Shown piece after piece: positions 19,686 through 29,471 of a DNA stretch of 64,000 bases. Numbering within the stretch: position 1 is the stretch's first letter; each line of letters begins with the position of its first letter. Position numbers and translations under genes: made by a program. Origin of the DNA: Candidatus Bathyarchaeia archaeon (lineage in GTDB: Archaea > Thermoproteota > Bathyarchaeia > Bathyarchaeales > Bathycorpusculaceae); the NCBI GenBank assembly GCA_050010755.1, contig JBEKKK010000001.1, positions 384,001 through 448,000 of the forward strand, in the 5' to 3' direction. The notes beneath the pieces were generated by a model. It did not search any database. It had not been told where the DNA came from and was given only the letters and a program-made list of their open reading frames with translations.

Positions 19686-20623
19686 CGTGGAAACAGCCGA
19701 TCAAGGACTACAGTTTCTCAGACAGAATGTCAGTGGACGAGCTTGTTCTGCAGATGGAAAAGGCCTGGGGATTCACAGCTGGAAAACTGGCCGTAGCCGT
19801 GAAAATCCTCGAAGACATGATAAGAGACAAAAAATGCGTGAAGTTTCTCTCCTTTACGGGAAACCTCGTGGCCACGGGAGCCCGGGGCGCCCTGAAAGAA
19901 CTCGTGAGACGAAGACTTGTCGACGTCGTCGTGACCACGTGTGGCACGGTGGATCATGACGTTGCCCGAAGCTGGAAAGACTATTACAGGGGCTCATTCG
20001 TCATGAACGACGCCCGACTGCACCGAGAGAATGTCAACCGTTTGGGAAACGTTCTCGTTCCGAATGAGAGCTACGGTCTCATCATCGAAAAGAAGATGCA
20101 ATGGCTACTGCAGAGCCTGTGGGAAGAGGGCGCCAGAGAAGTCTCATCGGCTCAGCTGTGCAGCGAGGTTGGAAAACGCGTGTGCAACGAAAGCTCAATC
20201 CTCTACTGGGCAGCCAAGAACGGCATCCCGGTGTTCGTGCCAGGTATCACCGACGGTGCAGTCGGATATCAGACATGGCTTTTCTCGCAGGACCACGACT
20301 TCAGGCTTAACCTGTTGAAAGACTCTGGACAGCTCAGCGATATAGTCTTCTCGGCAAAGAAGAGCGGAGCCTTGCTCATAGGTGGCGGAATATCTAAGCA
20401 TCACACTTTGTGGTGGAACCAGTTTAAGGACGGCCTCAACTACGCCGTGTACATAAGCACGGCCGACGAGTGGGACGGCAGCCTCTCAGGAGCGAGACCG
20501 CGAGAAGCGGTTTCTTGGGGGAAGATAAACCAGAAAGCGGACAAGATAATGGTTGAGGGCGACGCTTCACTCATCCTGCCCTTAATGGTGGGTTCGCTGT
20601 TGGCAAGGATAAGAGAGGCCTAG
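19682..20623 (+). CDS. dys: Deoxyhypusine synthase (canonical archaeal type)
   Basis: SFTGNL, GGGISKHH, DGSLSGARPREAVSWGK with catalytic Lys; overlaps mdh stop. Confidence 0.92.
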   Translation: MTWKQPIKDYSFSDRMSVDELVLQMEKAWGFTAGKLAVAVKILEDMIRDKKCVKFLSFTGNLVATGARGALKELVRRRLVDVVVTTCGTVDHDVARSWKDYYRGSFVMNDARLHRENVNRLGNVLVPNESYGLIIEKKMQWLLQSLWEEGAREVSSAQLCSEVGKRVCNESSILYWAAKNGIPVFVPGITDGAVGYQTWLFSQDHDFRLNLLKDSGQLSDIVFSAKKSGALLIGGGISKHHTLWWNQFKDGLNYAVYISTADEWDGSLSGARPREAVSWGKINQKADKIMVEGDASLILPLMVGSLLARIREA

Positions 20624-21681
20624 GGAATCTGGCTGAAAAGCCAAGAGAGATCAGGCCCTTTCCTCTTCGCCTTCACCCTCTCGTTAAGTGCGTGAGTCAA
20701 CAGCGGCAGGGCGATTGTCGCGTCACAGTAGCACACGGCCCGTTTTCCAGTTGTGTCGATTTTTCCCCAGCTTATTGCCTCTTCAAGCGTGCAGCCTGAC
20801 AGGCCTCCCCACTGCGGCGAATCGGTCGTTATCTGAATCGCGTAACGATGCGGATAATAGTACTCTTTTATGCCCTTGCGCAGGTGGCCCTTCCTTCCGG
20901 GAACGCCTTCGTCCATCGTTCTCGGCGAGACCGATATGGCCAGCAACTGGGTGAAGTCTTTGGGCACGCCGCCGCCGACGTAGATGACGCCCACCTCCTT
21001 GGTTTTCTCGCCTATGCCGACGAACTGGTCGAACTCTTTAACCGAGTCAAGCACGATGGGGTGACCCTCGTTCTTCGCCATCAGGAAAGCCTCGCCGTAG
21101 GCGCTGTCCGCAATGGCAGGAGAGAAAACTGGCACGTTGTGCGCCGCCGCTGTGGCGACTATGCTTTTCACGCCTTTCTTGTGCAGGTACTTGCCGAAAA
21201 CGTAGAGGAGCTCAGCTGAAGTGTAGGAATAACCTTTCTTGAGGGTCTTAAGCCCGTTCGTCATGAGCAGTTCCATCTCCCTGTAATCAGTCTCCTTCCC
21301 ATAAACGTCGTAGTACCTGTTTACATCCGCTTTCAAGAGTTCCTCATCGTCAGCGTAGTGTGTGCCCTGCCAGTAGCCGAGCCCCATAGCGTCAACGATG
21401 TCTTCAGAGACGTTCGCTCCCGTCGAAACAAGAACGTCGATGAAACGGTTCTCTATCAGCCAGTTAACCATTTTCCACTGGCCAGCGGTGCTCATCGATC
21501 CTGAGAAACCCATGATAATGATCAGATCCTTCTCCTTAATCATCGCTTCCCAAACGTCAACGGCCTCCCCGAGCTTTCGCCCCTGATAAGCCGTCTGGCT
21601 CATTTCAGCCAAGAGCTTGGACACGCTCTTCTCTTCAACGTCGATGGCTCTTACCTTCCGCCTGAAATATGAACGGGACAC
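20620..21681 (-). CDS. Deoxyhypusine synthase-like paralogue (homospermidine synthase/SpeY-like)
   Basis: STGAN, GGGVPKDF, WGGLSGCTLEEAISWGK, CDATIALP. Confidence 0.85.
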   Translation of the reverse strand: MSRSYFRRKVRAIDVEEKSVSKLLAEMSQTAYQGRKLGEAVDVWEAMIKEKDLIIIMGFSGSMSTAGQWKMVNWLIENRFIDVLVSTGANVSEDIVDAMGLGYWQGTHYADDEELLKADVNRYYDVYGKETDYREMELLMTNGLKTLKKGYSYTSAELLYVFGKYLHKKGVKSIVATAAAHNVPVFSPAIADSAYGEAFLMAKNEGHPIVLDSVKEFDQFVGIGEKTKEVGVIYVGGGVPKDFTQLLAISVSPRTMDEGVPGRKGHLRKGIKEYYYPHRYAIQITTDSPQWGGLSGCTLEEAISWGKIDTTGKRAVCYCDATIALPLLTHALNERVKAKRKGPDLSWLFSQIP

Positions 21682-21802
21682 ACTGAAACCTCCCGTTTTA
21701 GATTAAAGATTCAGTATAAGAGATTTTTGTTTCAGAGGTTCGTCCTAGAACGAACATGCCTTCAGCCAAGCATACGCGGCCGTTGGATTTTGTGGGTGTG
21801 TT

Positions 21803-22171
21803 TTAGAGTTTGATGGCTTGGCCCTTCCGCTGTTTTTCTCTGCACTGGTCAAGTGTCTCTATTGCGCGTCTTATGTGCGGAATCGTTATCGAGCCGCCCA
21901 CTATCAAAGCGACGTTCAATGCCTCAAAAAGCATTTCGTCCGAGGCCCCTTCCTGAACGCAGCGGATGACGTGGTATGTGATGCAGTCGTTGCAGCGCAG
22001 GACGGTGGAAGCGACCAAGCCCAGCATCTCCTTTGTTTTCACATCTAGGACGCCCTTCTCGTAGGCGCGACTGTCCAAGGCAAAAAACCGTTTGAGCCCA
22101 AGGTTTCCAGAAGAGAGAATGCGCGCGTTCATCTTTTCTCGGTAACGCCTAAACTCTTCGAGATCGTTCAA
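21803..22171 (-). CDS. Carboxymuconolactone decarboxylase/AhpD family protein
   Basis: KTKEMLGLVAS...RCNDCITYH (CxxC..H). Confidence 0.88.
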   Translation of the reverse strand: MNDLEEFRRYREKMNARILSSGNLGLKRFFALDSRAYEKGVLDVKTKEMLGLVASTVLRCNDCITYHVIRCVQEGASDEMLFEALNVALIVGGSITIPHIRRAIETLDQCREKQRKGQAIKL

Positions 22172-22302
22172 GACGTTTCACCCAGTTTTCTTTAGCTATG
22201 AGCACCACATAAAACACTTTGCACACGCCAATTTCCTGGCAATTGCGAGGGGGGGGGAAGTCTTCGATGTTGAAGAAGAGATCCTAGGCTGGAAGAAAAA
22301 GA

Positions 22303-23421
22303 CTAGTCTTGACGATACTGGGTGTTGGTGACAAAGGAGGAATCGACGTTTTCGGTGCGCTTTCTGCGGATCATCACAGCGATTAATACTAAGAGCATCA
22401 GCATCGGTATAATGGCGAATGATGGTAACTCTGGCACGGTGGCCGTAGCGTTGCTAGCCTCGACCGTCAGGGTGCTGACCTCTGTGAACACCAATTGGTT
22501 CTTTCCGTCGTTGTTGAAGTCTCCGATGGCCACGCCTGTTGGGTCGTTTCGGCCGGGCCAGTTCGCAACGACTGTTCTGTTCTCAGCGTAAACCGTGACG
22601 TTTCCGGCTGGGTAGGTTTCTGTTATCGCTATTTCGTTCAAGCCGAGGTTTTCATAGTCGCCGATGGCCACACCCACCGGTTGGCCGAGGCCGGGCCACT
22701 GTTGGACTATTGATTTGTCACTTTTCAACACCGTGACTGTGTTGGTGCCGGCATCGGCGACAGCTAACTCGTTTTGACCGTCGTTAGTTAAGTCGCCAAT
22801 AGCCACGCCTTCAGGCTGACTGAAAATTCCAGTCAAATTGTCCATGATGGTTTTATCACTTTTTAACACGAGCACCGAGGCTGAGCCATTCTCCGCGATT
22901 GCGATTACATTCTGATGGTTATTGTAAAAGTCGCCGATGGCCACACCCACTGGCTGGTTGAGGTATGAGAAAGTATCTTTGATACTTCCATTAAGGTAGC
23001 ACACGGTTACTCTGGAGGCGTCAGGTTCTGCTACTGCTATTACGTTGACACCGTCATTGTAAAGGTCCCCGATGGCCACCCCAAACGGATCGTCCAATCC
23101 ACTAATTGTATTCACGACAACGGGTGTAGTCTTCCCGTTACCCTTGACCACCGTGACAGTTCCTGCACTGCCCTCTGAGATTGCCGCTTCTTCTGAGCCA
23201 TTGTTGTAGAGGTCTCCGATGGCAATGCCTCGAGCGTCAGTGAATCCTCCCCACTGTGTCTCGTTCGAAGTGATGTTTCCGCTGAAAATATTGACCGCAT
23301 CATATTGCACAGGGCTTTGACTGTGTCCCGTTGAGGAGGCTTTTGCCACGACGAGATTGCACGCGAGTCCCATTGAGAGTATCAAGATTAGAAACAGGAT
23401 TAATGGTAGTGTTCTACTCAT
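22303..23421 (-). CDS. Cell-surface beta-propeller protein (FG-GAP/NHL-like repeats) with PEF-CTERM-like tail
   Basis: Signal peptide; six PxGVAIGDxxNDGxNE-type repeats; C-terminal VPELPS-TM-RRKR. Confidence 0.8.
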   Translation of the reverse strand: MSRTLPLILFLILILSMGLACNLVVAKASSTGHSQSPVQYDAVNIFSGNITSNETQWGGFTDARGIAIGDLYNNGSEEAAISEGSAGTVTVVKGNGKTTPVVVNTISGLDDPFGVAIGDLYNDGVNVIAVAEPDASRVTVCYLNGSIKDTFSYLNQPVGVAIGDFYNNHQNVIAIAENGSASVLVLKSDKTIMDNLTGIFSQPEGVAIGDLTNDGQNELAVADAGTNTVTVLKSDKSIVQQWPGLGQPVGVAIGDYENLGLNEIAITETYPAGNVTVYAENRTVVANWPGRNDPTGVAIGDFNNDGKNQLVFTEVSTLTVEASNATATVPELPSFAIIPMLMLLVLIAVMIRRKRTENVDSSFVTNTQYRQD

Positions 23422-23541
23422 TTCGTTTTTCCACCTGTTTCTATACAGTAGGCACCAATTTCTATATTAAACAATTCCTTTGCACGCATCGAACTGGCGG
23501 AAATGACGGGAACTTGGGGTCCCTGTAGGCGCGCGTGGGGG

Positions 23542-25506
23542 TTACATTTTCTCTGGGGCAAAGATTCCTACCAGGTTCAGGGCGTTTCGCAGCGTTATCC
23601 GAAGTGCGTCTGTCAGGGCGAGTCTTGCGTTGCTCAGCCCTTCGGGTTCGGCTCTTATCACTTGGAAAGCGTTGTAGAACGTGTTGAATTTGTCTGCTAG
23701 GGAATTTGCGTAGTCGGCGATGAGGTTTGGTTTAAGGTATTCTGCTGCTTCGGTGAACGTGTCTGGGAAGCTGGCGAGTGTGAGTGCTATTTCGTGTTCC
23801 AGCTTTTCGCCTAGCAGTTCGTAGGCTGGTTTTCCTGTTTTTTCAGATGCTTTTTTCAGGATGCTGCAGGCTCTGGCGTGGGTGTATTGAATGTAGGGTG
23901 CGCTGTTCTTTTCGAAGTTGAGCACTCGGTCCCAGGTGAAGAGGACGGGTTTCGAAGTGTCAACTTCGAGGAGCGCGTAGCGGACTGCGCCTAGGCCGAC
24001 GAAGTCGGCGATTTCGTGTTTCTCCTTTTCAGACAGTTGGGGAGAGCGCTTCGAAACTTCTTCGTATGCTCGTCTTACGGCTTCGTCCATGACTTCGTCG
24101 AGGGTTATGTAGCGTCCTCTTCGACTGGACATCTTGTAGCCAGGAAGCGTCACCAGGTTGTAGGCGAAGTGGACAAGATTGTCCGCTATCTTGCCGTAGC
24201 CCAAGGCGTGCAGGGCTATTTTCAATTGCAGTTGAGCGAGACTCTGTTCCATGCCAATAACGTTGATGACCCTGTCGGCTCTTTCAAACTTCCACAGGGT
24301 GTAAGCCGCGTCTCGGGTGGTGTAGAGCGTGGTGCCGTCAGCACGGCCCAGCGTCAAGGATGGAACTTCGTGGCCTTCTCTTATTCCAAGCTTGGTCCAA
24401 AGCCGCTGTTGTGTGACGACTTTTTCGGCGTCGAACTCGAAGACGCCACCTTCAGCATATGTGTAGGGTGACTGTTTGAGTTTCTGGAAAACTTCGTCCA
24501 CGTGCCCGCTCCACACTGAGTCGCTTTCCCAGTCCCAAGAGTCGAATGAAACGCCGAGTCTGCTTAGCGTCTCCTTGAACCCTTCGAGGCACATGTCACT
24601 GACCTGTCGGATCAGCTTCCTAGCCTTCTCCTCCTTCAACTCGTAAGCCTTGTTCAGTATCTTTATCGACTCTTCAGGGTTCTTGTCCCTTGCAATCCTA
24701 TCCAGCAGCTCCTCGAAAAGAGCCGGGTACTTGGCCTTCAGTTCCGCGGCGATGGAAACCCAGTCGTCCAGTTCCCTCGTGATTTTTGCAGTTTCCTCCG
24801 CGGTTGAAACCGTTTTGGCGTTTTCAAGCTCCTTCTTCAGCCGGTTTATTTCGACAAGGCAACTCGTGATGGTGTAGATTCTGCCGATGAACTGGTCAGG
24901 CTTGCCTTCCGGCTTGGGTTTTCCCAGTTTTTCGTAGCCGTACGCGACGACCGAGGTCTGCCGGCCAACGTCGTCGATGTAGAAGTGCCGGCTCACCGTG
25001 TGGCCCCTGTTTCTGAGCAGTCGGGAGAGGGTGTCACCGAGGACGGGGTTTCTGGCGGTTCCGATGGTTAAAGGGTGAAGGGGGTTCGCACTCGTGTGTT
25101 CAACCATAATTTTCAAGGGCTTATCCGTCTTGACGAAGCCGTAATCGAAGTCCAGACTTTTAACGGATTCAAGGGTCAAGGCTGAAAACTTGGCAAAGTC
25201 TACGTGAAAATTAACGTAGCCACCTCCTGCAGGGGCAACGCTGCTTATCAGGGAAAACTTGGAAGGGTCTACGGTCTTGGCGAAGCGTTCGGCCAACGCC
25301 AACGGCTTCTCGCCGAGTTTCTTGGCGAGCTCAAAACAAAGTGAGCTGGCCAGTTGCCCAAAATCGGAGTTCGGAGGTTTCTCAATAGCCAAGCTGTCGA
25401 GTTGGATTTCTGGAAACAGTTTCTTGAATGCAACGGCTAGACTGTTCTCACATTCTGTTCGGAAAACTGCGAAGGGGTTCTCTGCGACCCGTGACGCCTT
25501 TTTCAT
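23542..25506 (-). CDS. argS: Arginine--tRNA ligase
   Basis: GYVNF, VEHTSANP, DDVGRQ, RADGTTLY, KMSSRRG, APYIQYTHARACSIL, DALR domain. Confidence 0.95.
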   Translation of the reverse strand: MKKASRVAENPFAVFRTECENSLAVAFKKLFPEIQLDSLAIEKPPNSDFGQLASSLCFELAKKLGEKPLALAERFAKTVDPSKFSLISSVAPAGGGYVNFHVDFAKFSALTLESVKSLDFDYGFVKTDKPLKIMVEHTSANPLHPLTIGTARNPVLGDTLSRLLRNRGHTVSRHFYIDDVGRQTSVVAYGYEKLGKPKPEGKPDQFIGRIYTITSCLVEINRLKKELENAKTVSTAEETAKITRELDDWVSIAAELKAKYPALFEELLDRIARDKNPEESIKILNKAYELKEEKARKLIRQVSDMCLEGFKETLSRLGVSFDSWDWESDSVWSGHVDEVFQKLKQSPYTYAEGGVFEFDAEKVVTQQRLWTKLGIREGHEVPSLTLGRADGTTLYTTRDAAYTLWKFERADRVINVIGMEQSLAQLQLKIALHALGYGKIADNLVHFAYNLVTLPGYKMSSRRGRYITLDEVMDEAVRRAYEEVSKRSPQLSEKEKHEIADFVGLGAVRYALLEVDTSKPVLFTWDRVLNFEKNSAPYIQYTHARACSILKKASEKTGKPAYELLGEKLEHEIALTLASFPDTFTEAAEYLKPNLIADYANSLADKFNTFYNAFQVIRAEPEGLSNARLALTDALRITLRNALNLVGIFAPEKM

Positions 25507-25592
25507 TTTGTTGAAGATTCTCCAGCAGTCTAAGAGATGAGGTTATATTTTAATCTGAAAAATATCAACCTATCTGAAAACAGGTGCGCGGG

Positions 25593-26435
25593 ATGAGGAC
25601 GAAATTCGTGTTTTCGGAGAAGTGCCTAGGCTATGGCTCCTGGCACGTTGAAGGGCCTGAAAGAGTGAGGAAGGCACATGAAATCCTTATGGGCAAGGGC
25701 TACGAGTTCCTTAAGCCTGAACCAGCCTCGGAGGACGACCTGCTCAAGGTTCACGACAGCGACTACATGTGGCAGGTCAAAAAAGGGTTGACGGAGGACG
25801 GCGACACCCCGGCGTATGACAACATTTTCGAATATGCAAGACTATCTGCGGGAGGAGCCATCATGGCCGCAAACATAAAGGGGTTCTCGCTCATGCGCCC
25901 GCCAGGCCATCACGCTGGAATGACAGGAATAGCCTTGGGCGCGGCAACCCGAGGATTCTGCTACTTCAACAACATGGCCATAGCCGTGAAAAGCCTGGGC
26001 AAGCCCACATTGATTCTGGACATTGACGGACATCATGGAAACGGAACCCAAGAAATCTTCCAAGGCGACAAACAAGTAACCTACGTTTCGCTTCATCGTC
26101 ACCCGAACTATCCAGGCACGGGCACGGTTTCTGAGGGAAACTGCCACAATTACCCTCTGCCCAGGGATTGCGGAGACACATATTATGTGAAAACATTGGA
26201 AAAGGCGTTAGCTGGCGTTGATGCTAGTAAATTTAAAATCGTAGGTGTGTCCGCAGGGTTCGACACACACGACGGCGACCTGGCCTCCCTCGGCCTCACG
26301 ACGAAAGGCTACAGAGAGATTGGAAAGAGAATTGGATCTCTGAAAAAACCCACGTTCTTCGTCCTCGAAGGCGGCTACGAAGGAGGCAACGTGGGGAACG
26401 ATATAGATCAACTCGTCAGCGGCTTCGAAGCCTAG
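25593..26435 (+). CDS. Histone deacetylase-family amidohydrolase (compact)
   Basis: RPPGHHA, GFCYFNN, DIDGHHGNGTQ, SAGFD, LEGGY. Confidence 0.92.
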   Translation: MRTKFVFSEKCLGYGSWHVEGPERVRKAHEILMGKGYEFLKPEPASEDDLLKVHDSDYMWQVKKGLTEDGDTPAYDNIFEYARLSAGGAIMAANIKGFSLMRPPGHHAGMTGIALGAATRGFCYFNNMAIAVKSLGKPTLILDIDGHHGNGTQEIFQGDKQVTYVSLHRHPNYPGTGTVSEGNCHNYPLPRDCGDTYYVKTLEKALAGVDASKFKIVGVSAGFDTHDGDLASLGLTTKGYREIGKRIGSLKKPTFFVLEGGYEGGNVGNDIDQLVSGFEA

Positions 26436-26486
26436 CGTAGCCAATTGAAAAGGATGCAGAGAGGCGGAGAAAGATCGAGAAAGGGA

Positions 26487-27308
26487 CTATCTGATGAGTC
26501 TTCTTTTCATCAGGTTTATGGCCAGAACGAAGAAGAAGACTGTCACGGCCGCTATCCAGATTATGCTCAGAGCAAATGATAGGTCCCCGCTACCGGAAAG
26601 CGCCCACCTTGCCAGGTTCACCGTATGCGTCAATGGCAGAACCGCCTGCGAAAAGATCTGCAGAGGCAGACTGTGAAGCAGTGTTAACGGAAAGAAAGTG
26701 TTGCTGAGCAAGAACATTGGAGTTATGAAAAGGTATTGCGGGTAGTTGAAGAAGTCTATGTTCGGCGCCAGCGCGGTGAAGCAGATTCCGATTGCAGAGA
26801 ACATCAGCCCCGAGAAGAAGGCCAACGGCAAAACCAGGATGAATAGAGGACTCGCTATGAGAGGCTTTGAGACGAGCCCAAAGGCTGCTACGACGCCTAA
26901 GACTATGGAGCCGCCTATTAGGCTTCGGGTAGCACCCCAGAGTATCTCGCCTGCGATTACTTCTTCCACGCTTATCGGCGTCGCTATGATGGCGTCGAAG
27001 GTTCTCTGGTAGTACATGCGGACGAATGAGCCGTATGTGCACTCGAAGAACGAGGAGTACATAATGGTTATTGCCACCAGCGCGGGCGCTATGAATTGGA
27101 TGTATGATTGGCCTTCTATCGATTGCGTTATTAGCGCCCCCAAGCCAGCGCCCATGGCGGCGAGGTAGAAGATGGGTTCGAGCAGGGGAGGGAAGAAGCT
27201 GACTTTGAAGGTTTTCATAAAGACGTCGAAGTTTCTCCGCCAGACCTTCCACACTCTGTAGGTCAGTTTTGGCAGTCCGAAACCTTCACGTTCATGTGAG
27301 GCAGTCAT
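26487..27308 (-). CDS. ABC-2 exporter permease (NodJ-like)
   Basis: EPIFYL, YIQFIAPAL, PMFLLS..FFP, LPLTH; about 6 TM. Confidence 0.88.
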   Translation of the reverse strand: MTASHEREGFGLPKLTYRVWKVWRRNFDVFMKTFKVSFFPPLLEPIFYLAAMGAGLGALITQSIEGQSYIQFIAPALVAITIMYSSFFECTYGSFVRMYYQRTFDAIIATPISVEEVIAGEILWGATRSLIGGSIVLGVVAAFGLVSKPLIASPLFILVLPLAFFSGLMFSAIGICFTALAPNIDFFNYPQYLFITPMFLLSNTFFPLTLLHSLPLQIFSQAVLPLTHTVNLARWALSGSGDLSFALSIIWIAAVTVFFFVLAINLMKRRLIR

Positions 27309-28222
27309 TCTCTCAGGTTCCTCCCCGTCAGTTTGAGGAAGACATCCTCCAGGTTGGCGCCGCGAACCGTGGCGCTCTTCGTGGGGAAACTTTCAAGAAA
27401 GCTCGCAAAAACTCCGTGGGGTTGGCTGGTGAACACATGAATTCTTTCGCCCACGACTTCGAGTCTCGCATCGGGGAACTTTTCTTTAAGCATACTCATC
27501 ACCTTTTCGTCGTAGTCGAGTTCCAAAACTTCTTCTCCGGCGTGTTTCTTGATGAGATCTAAGGGTGTGCCTTCTTCGATGATTTTGCCGCCGTCCATGA
27601 TTAGGGTTCGGTCGCAGAGTTCAGCGGCTTCTTCCATGTAATGTGTGGTTAAGATTATGGTGACGCCTTGTTTCTTCAGGCTTCTGACCTTGTCCCATAT
27701 CAAATGTCTCGCCTGCGGATCTAGACCCGTGGTGGGCTCGTCCAAGAGGAGGACCTGCGGCTCGTTAATCAACGCCCTCGCCAGTATCAGCCGCCTTTTC
27801 ATCCCCGTTGACAGTTGGTCGATGACCACGTTTCGTTTTTCTTCCAGCTGAGAAAACTTTAGCAGGTTCTCGGCGCGGTTCTTAGCCTCAGGCTCTGGAA
27901 TGTCGAAGTATCTAGCGTACACGAGCAGGTTCGTCATTACGGTGAAGTCGGGGTCGAGGTTCTCTTCCTGAGGGGCGACGCCTATCATTTTCTTAATCTC
28001 CCGGGGGCTTTCGGAAACACTCATTCCAGCCACGGTCAAACGGCCTGAAGTCAGGGGCAGGACACAGTGGATCATCTTGATCGTCGTCGTTTTGCCAGCT
28101 CCGTTGGGGCCGAGGAAACCGCAACACTCGCCCTTGAAAACCTCAAAGTCTATGCCGTCCACTGCCAACAGATCATCGTACTTTTTGGTCAGGTTCTCTG
28201 CTCGGATGAGGGTTTCAGGCAT
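27305..28222 (-). CDS. ABC exporter ATP-binding subunit (NodI-like)
   Basis: GPNGAGKTT, LSTGMKRR, LLLDEPTTGLD, TTHYMEEA. Confidence 0.93.
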   Translation of the reverse strand: MPETLIRAENLTKKYDDLLAVDGIDFEVFKGECCGFLGPNGAGKTTTIKMIHCVLPLTSGRLTVAGMSVSESPREIKKMIGVAPQEENLDPDFTVMTNLLVYARYFDIPEPEAKNRAENLLKFSQLEEKRNVVIDQLSTGMKRRLILARALINEPQVLLLDEPTTGLDPQARHLIWDKVRSLKKQGVTIILTTHYMEEAAELCDRTLIMDGGKIIEEGTPLDLIKKHAGEEVLELDYDEKVMSMLKEKFPDARLEVVGERIHVFTSQPHGVFASFLESFPTKSATVRGANLEDVFLKLTGRNLRE

Positions 28223-28396
28223 CAGTCTCAGTCCAACCCATAGAGTATAGCATAGTTTCTTAAGAAAATTCCTTTTTCTGCCGCGCGTGTTTCTGAAAAT
28301 CCAAAGTCATATATTTCAAGAATGAGAACAAAAGAGTGTAGACAAGTTTCGTCAAGGCTAAAGATGCTAGGGCTAGACCTAGGCAGGGGCGAGATA

Positions 28397-28651
28397 ATGG
28401 TGGATCTGACTGAAGTTACTGTGATAGTTCTAATTTCTAACATGGCAGTTAACTGTGTGCTGGCTGTTCTGTATTATTACAGGGTTAGGATAGAGAAGAA
28501 ACAGGTGGATGTAATGGTCAAGAATGCGGAGGCTAAAGCCTGTCTGGAAGTTATGAAGAGGCACATCCACACTGAAAGAAAAGACATTGAAAACATGAGC
28601 AAAGAAGAGCTGAAAGAGTTTCTAGATTATCTTGAACACGTAGGAGAATAG
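28397..28651 (+). CDS. Small single-TM hypothetical protein
   Basis: Hydrophobic N-terminus then charged helical tail; start uncertain (28322/28364/28397). Confidence 0.45.
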   Translation: MVDLTEVTVIVLISNMAVNCVLAVLYYYRVRIEKKQVDVMVKNAEAKACLEVMKRHIHTERKDIENMSKEELKEFLDYLEHVGE

Positions 28652-28945
28652 CGACGGCCTAGCAGCTGGAACAGACTTAGGGACGAATGCGAGCCTGTGG
28701 AGTGAGTTTTGATGCTGTTTTGAGTGAGTTTTGAGTCTGAAAGGAGTCTAACGCAGGCTTTCTCCGAAAAACGAAGTCTCCTCTGAGCTCGATTGTGAAA
28801 AACTTTTTTCTCACCGAGGCTTCGCCTTCATTTTCAAACGTCACCCTGAGTTTGGTGCGATCTAGCCCTGTTTTCGTGGTATTTGAGCTGAATCGACGCC
28901 CATGATAAGTTATATTAACAACTTGGTTTCAAATATGGTCGCAAG

Positions 28946-29350
28946 GTGAAAAAAATGGCAGACAAACCGACAGCAGCATTCATACTATCTCTAATCGGCG
29001 GCATCTTCATTATCATCGGAGGCTTGGTGACCATTGCGCTAGGATCCTTCATTGGAGGCTTAGGCTTTGGAACCGGAGGCGCTGTCGTCGCCGGGATCGG
29101 CGCGATTGGACTGATTTGCGGATTACTGACCATTCTTGGCGCAGTTTGGATCAACAGCGGAGAACAAGGCAAAGTGAGGAACGGCTCTATACTGGTGCTG
29201 ATATTCTCGATACTCAGCCTAATCTTCGCTGCAACCGGAGGTTTCGTCATAGGGTTTTTGTTAGGCCTGATAGGTGCCATACTGGGGCTGACTTGGAAAC
29301 CGTCAATGACGGAAACAACTGCAGCGCCGCCGCCACCGGTACCGCCATAA
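28946..29350 (+). CDS. Gly-rich 4-TM membrane protein with Pro-rich C-terminal tail
   Basis: KPTAAFILSLIGG...GGFVIGFLLGLIGAIL..W; ends APPPPVPP. Confidence 0.75.
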   Translation: MKKMADKPTAAFILSLIGGIFIIIGGLVTIALGSFIGGLGFGTGGAVVAGIGAIGLICGLLTILGAVWINSGEQGKVRNGSILVLIFSILSLIFAATGGFVIGFLLGLIGAILGLTWKPSMTETTAAPPPPVPP

Positions 29351-29351
29351 C

Positions 29352-29371
29352 ATCCCCTTTTTGTTTTTTTG
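29352..29371 (+). terminator. Oligo-T archaeal terminator
   Basis: CCCCTTTTTGTTTTTTT directly after the stop. Confidence 0.6.
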
Positions 29372-29471
29372 ATTGTTAATGGAAAACGATCACGTTGTTA
29401 TGTCGGTTCCGAACCTAATAGGAACAGATGCGGTTTAGAGAAGAGGTTACGATAAGTTGTCAGGGCGGATG

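Noticed and set aside
22500-23230. Recurrent CCGATGGCCAC-like repeats
   Set aside because: They encode the VAIGD motif of the propeller protein.
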